From Candidatus Woesearchaeota archaeon (lineage in GTDB: Archaea > Nanobdellota > Nanobdellia > Pacearchaeales > GW2011-AR1): a DNA stretch of 64,000 nt. A model generated the notes under the pieces. The model had not been told where the DNA came from, did no database searches, and saw nothing but the letters and a program-made list of their open reading frames with translations. A program made the translations under genes and the position numbers. Positions 58,228-64,000 of this stretch are shown here, piece by piece (positions within the stretch are counted from its first letter, which is position 1; every line of letters begins with the position of its first letter). The stretch covers positions 1,781 to 65,780 of the forward strand of contig CAYIRC010000002.1 of the NCBI GenBank assembly GCA_964365855.1, read 5' to 3'.

Positions 58228-58764
58228 CTATTTTAATTTCTTTTTCCAAAGCATTCTGGTATATCCCTCTTTAACAAGTTCTTTTTCGCCTATTCCTAAT
58301 CTTTTTATAACTTCCAAAACTTTTTTCCTCGCTTTGGCAATATCTTTCATCTCGCAGAGATATTCAACTTCCAGAAACCAGCCTAAATGCTTGACATTAT
58401 TTATCTCTATATGAAAATTTTTATTAATCTGATAAAGCTCTGTTTTTTTCTCTTTTCTTAGCCATTTTTTGAATCCAAAATCTTTTATTAAATTCAAAAA
58501 TCCATCAAGGTTGCTGACCTTAAATTCTACTTCTTTTTTTGCATATACAGAATGGTCATATGACACTCGTTGTTTAAAGTTGATTTCATAAAATCCCTTT
58601 CGTCTTCTTATCCTAAGGCTTTTCTTAGGATACTGGTTCAGTTCTTCAATTGTATAATAATCATCTACTTTCTTTTCTTTCCCTTTATATTTTCCAATCA
58701 GCTTTATCTTTTTTCTGAACTCATCAGGGCTGGAAATTTTAACTTTTGCTTCAACCTCTATCAT
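58228..58764 (-). CDS. CYTH-domain protein (CyaB/thiamine triphosphatase-like triphosphate tunnel enzyme)
   Basis: N-terminal MIEVEAKVKI (the ExExK motif of CYTH) and ~180 aa length. Confidence 0.7.
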   Translation of the reverse strand: MIEVEAKVKISSPDEFRKKIKLIGKYKGKEKKVDDYYTIEELNQYPKKSLRIRRRKGFYEINFKQRVSYDHSVYAKKEVEFKVSNLDGFLNLIKDFGFKKWLRKEKKTELYQINKNFHIEINNVKHLGWFLEVEYLCEMKDIAKARKKVLEVIKRLGIGEKELVKEGYTRMLWKKKLK

Positions 58765-58832
58765 AATAGAAATAAATTTCCTTTCTATTTAAATTTATAT
58801 TTTAAAAATTAAAAATTTAAAAATTATTTAGT

Positions 58833-59291
58833 TTATATATTAGTACAAGTGACTTTTACAGTTGACTCACTGCATCCTACTTCTTTTCCACTATCACCCG
58901 CAAGCAATGCACCAACACTTACTTGAGTTATATTCTCACTAGAGCTGTATGTATATGTTTTAGTCTCTAATACGCCTAGTACTGATGTATTTGAACTTGT
59001 TTTAATCTCCCCGCCGAGTGTTTGTGAAATTAATTTTATAGCTTTTAGATTCACCTCGCCGCCAGTTCTTTTAACTTGTACTGTTGCGATGTCTGTCGTT
59101 ACATTGTAAACGCAACTAATTGGCTGTAAATCAACTTTTATGCAATCAGCAGTTGTAGCAATTGTCTCTCCTCCGCCTAAAATAAGAGGCTTAACAAAGC
59201 TCCATACAATTATCACTGCAGCAAGCACTAAGAGGATAATAAGAACAGTGGTAACAACATCACTCAATCCTTTTTTGCCTTTAAGCATCAT
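58833..59291 (-). CDS. archaeal type IV pilin-like protein with a class III signal peptide
   Basis: MMLKGKKGLSDVVTTVLIILLVLAAVIIVW has the K-G-L-S then hydrophobic pattern, similar to the start of the 14980 gene. Confidence 0.6.
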   Translation of the reverse strand: MMLKGKKGLSDVVTTVLIILLVLAAVIIVWSFVKPLILGGGETIATTADCIKVDLQPISCVYNVTTDIATVQVKRTGGEVNLKAIKLISQTLGGEIKTSSNTSVLGVLETKTYTYSSSENITQVSVGALLAGDSGKEVGCSESTVKVTCTNI

Positions 59292-59381
59292 TTTCTTTTA
59301 CCTCCTTTCATCTCTTTTTAATTGTAACAATATACAATTAATATTATTTTCTTGTTTAAATAGCTTTCTGTTATCGTAAGT

Positions 59382-61052
59382 TTATTTATGCGCAAACCAA
59401 AATTCATAAATTCCTTTTTCATTCTCACTTCTTTTATTATCAAACCTTGCAAATCCAAATCTTTCAAACTGTATTCTTTCTCCATTTTTCAGTTCTTTAA
59501 TGCTCGATTCTGCAATTCCTTCTATCCATGTTCCATCAGGCATCAAAATTCTTGTTTCAACAAAATCCGAAACCCAGTTTATTTTATGTATATCTTTATT
59601 GTCAATAGTAGTTACCTTTGCACTGCCGTCTTTGCTTTCAACTTTTATATTATAAAGATGAATAAGCCTTGTCTCTTTTCCTTTGTATTTTTCTAAATCT
59701 GCTTTTGAAGCAAATAGCTTGTCAATAAGCAACTGCCTCATATCTTTTTTATCAGGATGAATTGGCACAAACACCTCTCTTGTATCTAATTTATTCTTTA
59801 TTTTTAGCTCAATAGGGTCTTGTATAAATGAGTATCTATTGCTTTCAGCGTCAATCATTCGCCTGTTTATAGCATATAAAATGTCAATCGGCACAGTTAT
59901 ATCTTGCGTATTCAATCCAATTTCTTTAACAAACTCTTTGATTGCCTCAGGATTAAATCCCCGCCTTTTTAAACTTTGAATGCTCCAGGTTCTCGGGTCA
60001 TCCCATCCAATGAATTCTCCGGATTTAACTTCTTTTTGTGCTTTGGATTTTGAAATCTTAGCCCCAACTCCGTCTAATTTTACTAAGCTTACATGAATAA
60101 TTTCAGGATGCTTCCACTTGAAAATATCCCATATATATTTCTCCATGTCTGTTTCAATTCTTAGGTCATTTCCTCGTATTATATGGGTAATGCCAAGCAA
60201 ATGGTCATCAATTGCCCAGCTCATTTCTAATGTGGGCCAGACTCTGTATTTGGTTCCAACTCTTGGATGTTTCCTGTCAGTTATCTTGAATAAAACTCTA
60301 TCTCTAAATGCTGGATTAGGATGTGTCATGCTTGTTTTAATTCTCAATACAGCTTCTCCCTCTTTTAACTTAAACATCTCTTTCCATCTTTCAAGTTGAA
60401 TTTTTAGAGGGAATTGCCTGTCAGGGCTTTCTATTCCTTTTGCTCTCATTTCCCTCATCTTTTCAGAAGGTGTAAAATCAACATAAGCTTTGCCTTTTTT
60501 TATTAATTCTTCTCCATATTTATAATAAATTTCCAATCTATCTGATTTGTAAATTATTGGCTTTTCATATTTTACTTTCAGCCAATCAAATGCTTCAGGG
60601 ATTAATTTGTAAGCCTCTTTGGCAATTTGTTTTTCTTCGCTTCCGATAGTATCATCAATAACAAAAAGAATTTTAGCATTATATTTTTCAGCGTAGAGTG
60701 CATTAATCAAATATGTTTTGGCATTTCCTATATGCAATGCTCCAGATGGATAAGGAGCAAGCCTAAATACCATTTTTTTGCCAGCATGAGGCAGTTCAGG
60801 AAGGTCTTTTTCTTTCTCCTCTTTCACTTTTACATATTTTTCATATTCAGAAAATAGCTTGGCTCTTTCTTCAGGCTTCATAGAATTAATTTTTTTTACA
60901 CTGCTCTGAATTACAGGCATTATTTCCTTAATTTCATCTTTCTCAAGCCCGTGCTGGAAAAGTTTTGGCAATATTCTTCCAGCATCAGCTTTTCCAAACT
61001 CAATTGCATTTTTCAGCGCATAAGCAGTAATTTCATTTTCCAAATCTTTCAT
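59382..61052 (-). CDS. gltX: glutamyl-tRNA synthetase (archaeal GluRS)
   Basis: RLAPYPSGALHIGNAKT (HIGH) and GAKISKSK (KMSKS-like); 556 aa. Confidence 0.88.
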   Translation of the reverse strand: MKDLENEITAYALKNAIEFGKADAGRILPKLFQHGLEKDEIKEIMPVIQSSVKKINSMKPEERAKLFSEYEKYVKVKEEKEKDLPELPHAGKKMVFRLAPYPSGALHIGNAKTYLINALYAEKYNAKILFVIDDTIGSEEKQIAKEAYKLIPEAFDWLKVKYEKPIIYKSDRLEIYYKYGEELIKKGKAYVDFTPSEKMREMRAKGIESPDRQFPLKIQLERWKEMFKLKEGEAVLRIKTSMTHPNPAFRDRVLFKITDRKHPRVGTKYRVWPTLEMSWAIDDHLLGITHIIRGNDLRIETDMEKYIWDIFKWKHPEIIHVSLVKLDGVGAKISKSKAQKEVKSGEFIGWDDPRTWSIQSLKRRGFNPEAIKEFVKEIGLNTQDITVPIDILYAINRRMIDAESNRYSFIQDPIELKIKNKLDTREVFVPIHPDKKDMRQLLIDKLFASKADLEKYKGKETRLIHLYNIKVESKDGSAKVTTIDNKDIHKINWVSDFVETRILMPDGTWIEGIAESSIKELKNGERIQFERFGFARFDNKRSENEKGIYEFWFAHK

Positions 61053-61072
61053 ATTTTTTTCAATTCAAATGA

Positions 61073-61474
61073 TTATTTAAGTTCTACCTTTTTTTCAAAT
61101 TCAATTATCTTAAATTCTATTTGCTCAATTCTTTCAAGAAACCTGTCCATTTTATATTCTAAATTTTCAATGCTTACTTTCATATTGCTAAACTCTGCAA
61201 GCCTTTTTTTCTTCTCTTCCAGTCCCCTATCAAATCCTGAAGCTTGGCTTGAAGCCGAATTTTCATTGCTGGCGCTGGCAAGATTGCTTAAGAAACTTAG
61301 TGCAGAAATACCTTCATCAGAATTAGTCTGGCTGGAAGCTTTCGGCCTAAGGTCAACTATATCTATATTTGAGTTTGCTTCTCTGTCTTTGTCTGCAACT
61401 TTCTTTAATATGCCTTGTTTTTGCAGCCTTGTAAAATCAATTAAATCAACCCCTTCCTCTTTTCTAAATCTCAT
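61073..61474 (-). CDS. hypothetical coiled-coil protein (133 aa)
   Basis: ORF only; the C-terminal half is heptad-like. Confidence 0.4.
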   Translation of the reverse strand: MRFRKEEGVDLIDFTRLQKQGILKKVADKDREANSNIDIVDLRPKASSQTNSDEGISALSFLSNLASASNENSASSQASGFDRGLEEKKKRLAEFSNMKVSIENLEYKMDRFLERIEQIEFKIIEFEKKVELK

Positions 61475-61603
61475 AAAATCTTAAATAAGATAATTTATTT
61501 AAACCTGCTTGTATATTAAATCATATTAGACATAACTTTAAAGTAGTTACAATAGATAACTTTAAAAGTAAATTCTTATATTTAGAGTTACTCATAATAC
61601 AAA

Positions 61604-62581
61604 ATGGAAAATAACGAACATAACAAGCCTATTGTAATTAATGCATCGGGAAGGCCATTTATACCCTATAGATTTAGAGACACGGGTTTAAAAAAATTAA
61701 TAATCCTTCCAGATTATAGCCCAAGCAGAGGGCGTCTTCCAGTTGGAACAGTTGCGGTTTTCGATAAAAATAATCATGTACCTTCCCCTGAATATCTCGG
61801 ACCAGACATAGGTTGTGGAATGCTTTTTGCAAAATTTGATAATCCTGTGGGCGGAGACGAACTTAAACAAATAGCCTATCAGGTTTCAGGTGACTTTCAA
61901 CTAGCAACCAATATCCTGGGAAGTTTGGGTTCTGGTAATCATTTTATTATGTTCTATGGGGCGGTTAATAGTGAAGTTCCACTTTTAAAGGAAGGTGATA
62001 ATGTGGTTTTGATTCATACAGGCAGCAGACAAAAAGGTGTTGAAGTTTTTAATTCATGTTTAGTAGGTGTTGATTATCTTAACGCTTATAATAAGGCAAA
62101 AGAGTATGCCGAACTAAATAGAAGCAAATTATTTTTTATGTTAAAAGAATATGTTGCAGAAATTACAGGGAAAGATTTGATTTGTTTAAATGAACAGGTT
62201 CACAATTCCGTGGAAGTTGATTGCCAGAATATTACATACCGCAAGGGAGCTATGAAACTGCAAAATCCTAATGACATTGGGGTTATTCCTTCTTCTATGG
62301 CTGGTGAAGCATTAGTCGTAAAGCCAAAGCCCGCAATATCTGATTTAGAATGGTCTATTTGCCATGGCACTGGAAGGGTCATTTCAAGAAAAGATGCAAA
62401 ACAAGTTTCTTTCGATTCAACAGACATAAGGCAAAAAATAATTATTCCTCAGTATATATCTGATGACTTTATTCTAACAGAAAGGCCAGAATGTTATCGA
62501 AGACTAAAGGATATTGAGCCGCAAATCAAAGATTATGTTAAGATTGTTGCTCGCCTGTCACCTAAAGCGTTCGTGATTTAG
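61604..62581 (+). CDS. compact RtcB-like RNA ligase family protein (325 aa)
   Basis: DIGCGM, GSGNHFIMF (GGGNHF), HTGSRQKG (HSGSRGLG), RKGAM...GVIPSSMAGEALVV, CHGTGRV (NHGAGR) in the canonical RtcB order, but ~150 aa shorter than the typical archaeal RtcB. Confidence 0.5.
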   Translation: MENNEHNKPIVINASGRPFIPYRFRDTGLKKLIILPDYSPSRGRLPVGTVAVFDKNNHVPSPEYLGPDIGCGMLFAKFDNPVGGDELKQIAYQVSGDFQLATNILGSLGSGNHFIMFYGAVNSEVPLLKEGDNVVLIHTGSRQKGVEVFNSCLVGVDYLNAYNKAKEYAELNRSKLFFMLKEYVAEITGKDLICLNEQVHNSVEVDCQNITYRKGAMKLQNPNDIGVIPSSMAGEALVVKPKPAISDLEWSICHGTGRVISRKDAKQVSFDSTDIRQKIIIPQYISDDFILTERPECYRRLKDIEPQIKDYVKIVARLSPKAFVI

Positions 62582-63197
62582 ACTTCTTAACTTTGCCTGT
62601 GTTTACAACTTCTATTGTATCTGTATAGTTTGTTCCTGTCTCTAAACTATGTTCTTCAGGAGCGTAATATTCAGAATAAACTCTTTCTATTCTGTTGTCT
62701 TTTTCTCTAATTCCTACCTGCCTTACCCGGAGATCATAAGGATCACTTGTTATCAATATGTGCTTTTCCAGACCATGCTTCTTTTGAATTTTTGCATGTC
62801 TTTCTCTTGGTACATTTATGCCTGTAAGATGTATTGCAATCATATTTTTTCCATGTTCTATTTCATATCCTCTTCTTTTAAGTTCATCTAATATTCCATC
62901 TGCTTCACCAATATACACCCAAGCATCTCCTCTACAACTTGTTATTTCATCAGCCCTTTTTTCAAAATATTCCTTATTGGTTAAAGCAGGATGTAAAGAT
63001 CTTCTGGCTTTTGGAGTAGATAATAATAAAATTCCACCAAGTACAAACCACAATCCCGCATAAGTGCCAAAACTAACATCAGCTCCGTCAAAAACAACAA
63101 AGCCAGTCATGCCCTGAAAAGAATTAAGCAGAATTACAAATCCCATAAATAAAAAGCTTGTTCCAGTTATCAGAAATACTCTTCTTTTCATGCACAA
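62562..63197 (-). CDS. hypothetical membrane-anchored protein (211 aa)
   Basis: Two N-terminal hydrophobic helices and a soluble C-terminal domain with no recognisable motif. Confidence 0.4.
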   Translation of the reverse strand: MCMKRRVFLITGTSFLFMGFVILLNSFQGMTGFVVFDGADVSFGTYAGLWFVLGGILLLSTPKARRSLHPALTNKEYFEKRADEITSCRGDAWVYIGEADGILDELKRRGYEIEHGKNMIAIHLTGINVPRERHAKIQKKHGLEKHILITSDPYDLRVRQVGIREKDNRIERVYSEYYAPEEHSLETGTNYTDTIEVVNTGKVKKSKSRTL

Positions 63198-63225
63198 TCA
63201 ACTTAAATCTATTATAAAAATATTG

Positions 63226-64000
63226 CTATTTCTTCCTGCAAACAAGCATCATATGCAGGCTTGTATCGACAACTGAAGGATGAGTGCAAAGTTTATAATG
63301 AGTGTTAAGCCAATTTTTCTTTATCAGTCCATCTTTAAATTGTTTATTTACATCTTCTGTAATAACAGAGGCAAGTCCTTCTAATCCAACTCTTTCAATT
63401 ATTCTTGTTTTGCTATTAAATAACCCTTCAAGTTCTGTTAAAGTAAAATAATGGCAATAACCATCTCCTCCATGCCACATATAATCTTCACCTTCATTTG
63501 CTAACTCATTCCAGTGCTTTGTCATTTTAACTTCTTTAGGCCATCTTTTTAATGCATTCATCATTATCCCAAATTTTGCCATAACTGAAACAAAAATAGG
63601 TGCATTAGCTTTAGCAACTCTAATTAATTCTGATACTGATTTTCTTCTTTGAGATTCAGGTGCAACATGAGATAATGGCCCGCCCAAGCATATTACCGAA
63701 TCAAAAGAATTATTATCAAACATTGATAAATCAGTTATCGAGCCTTCTTGGATTGCTCTAACTTTGTCCCTGACACCATATTGCCTAATTTTCTTTTTAG
63801 CAAGTTCAAGATTTGCAGGAGTTAAATCGAGAAGAACAACATCATACCCTCGTTTTGCTAATTCAATTGTATATCTCCCAGGTCCTCCGCCAGCATCTAA
63901 AATTAAACCATGTTTAGGCAGATATTTTTGAAGGAAATGCAGAGAGGTGTCTAATTCTAATCTGTGTGCTTCATCTTTTACTAGCCGTTTCCATTCACGA
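63226..64000 (-). CDS. class I SAM-dependent methyltransferase, 5' end beyond the window
   Basis: By hand I translated the minus strand continuously from 64000: ...LDAGGGPGRYTIELAKRGYDVVLLDL (motif I), then ...SMFDNNSFDSVICLGGPLSHV (motif II/III). The ORF-track Met at 63723 is internal. Confidence 0.7.
   Translation of the reverse strand, partial: REWKRLVKDEAHRLELDTSLHFLQKYLPKHGLILDAGGGPGRYTIELAKRGYDVVLLDLTPANLELAKKKIRQYGVRDKVRAIQEGSITDLSMFDNNSFDSVICLGGPLSHVAPESQRRKSVSELIRVAKANAPIFVSVMAKFGIMMNALKRWPKEVKMTKHWNELANEGEDYMWHGGDGYCHYFTLTELEGLFNSKTRIIERVGLEGLASVITEDVNKQFKDGLIKKNWLNTHYKLCTHPSVVDTSLHMMLVCRKK

Noticed and set aside
62200-62427. 75-aa minus-strand ORF inside the RtcB-like gene
   Set aside because: It is antisense within a gene with strong motif support and has no features.

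Overview
This is an AT-rich (roughly 30% GC by eye), very gene-dense window that is clearly archaeal. The minus strand carries the classic archaeal rpoH-rpoB-rpoA-nusA-S12-S7-EF-2 cluster, with an intein in the EF-2 P-loop and an apparently fused rpoA'/A''. Short genes, frequent 4-bp gene overlaps and several bacterial-type acquisitions suggest a small-genome (DPANN-like) archaeon; this is inference only. Going 5' to 3', the window also contains:
- a surface-protein pair: a glycosidase-like protein with an archaeal class III (pilin-type) signal peptide, and a beta-propeller protein with dockerin repeats;
- a tightly packed glycolysis and sugar-metabolism island (GAPDH, PGK, PGI/PMI, GH130, GDE_C-like, GT4 plus PIG-L, PfkB, class I aldolase, TIM, ROK glucokinase, GHMP kinase, and a GT4 fused to a six-hairpin domain);
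- a repeat hotspot around tRNA-Lys(UUU): 112-bp direct repeats, a degenerate third copy, a dockerin gene fragment and a MazG-like remnant;
- trxA and pcm;
- a nrdR-nrdJ operon, LemA and Taw1;
- a candidate type II restriction-modification (R-M) pair, dCMP deaminase, HtpX and an MFS transporter;
- a receptor-like protein with a cytoplasmic class III cyclase-like domain;
- TrpRS, ThrRS, GluRS and a compact RtcB-like protein;
- a membrane-anchored GH24 (phage/T4-type) lysozyme.
A family of ~90-bp palindromic elements sharing an ATGTCAAG / GTCAAG-N3-CTTGAC core sits in several divergent promoter regions; two copies are inverted 21.3 kb apart. No CRISPR array, integrase or transposase was recognised.
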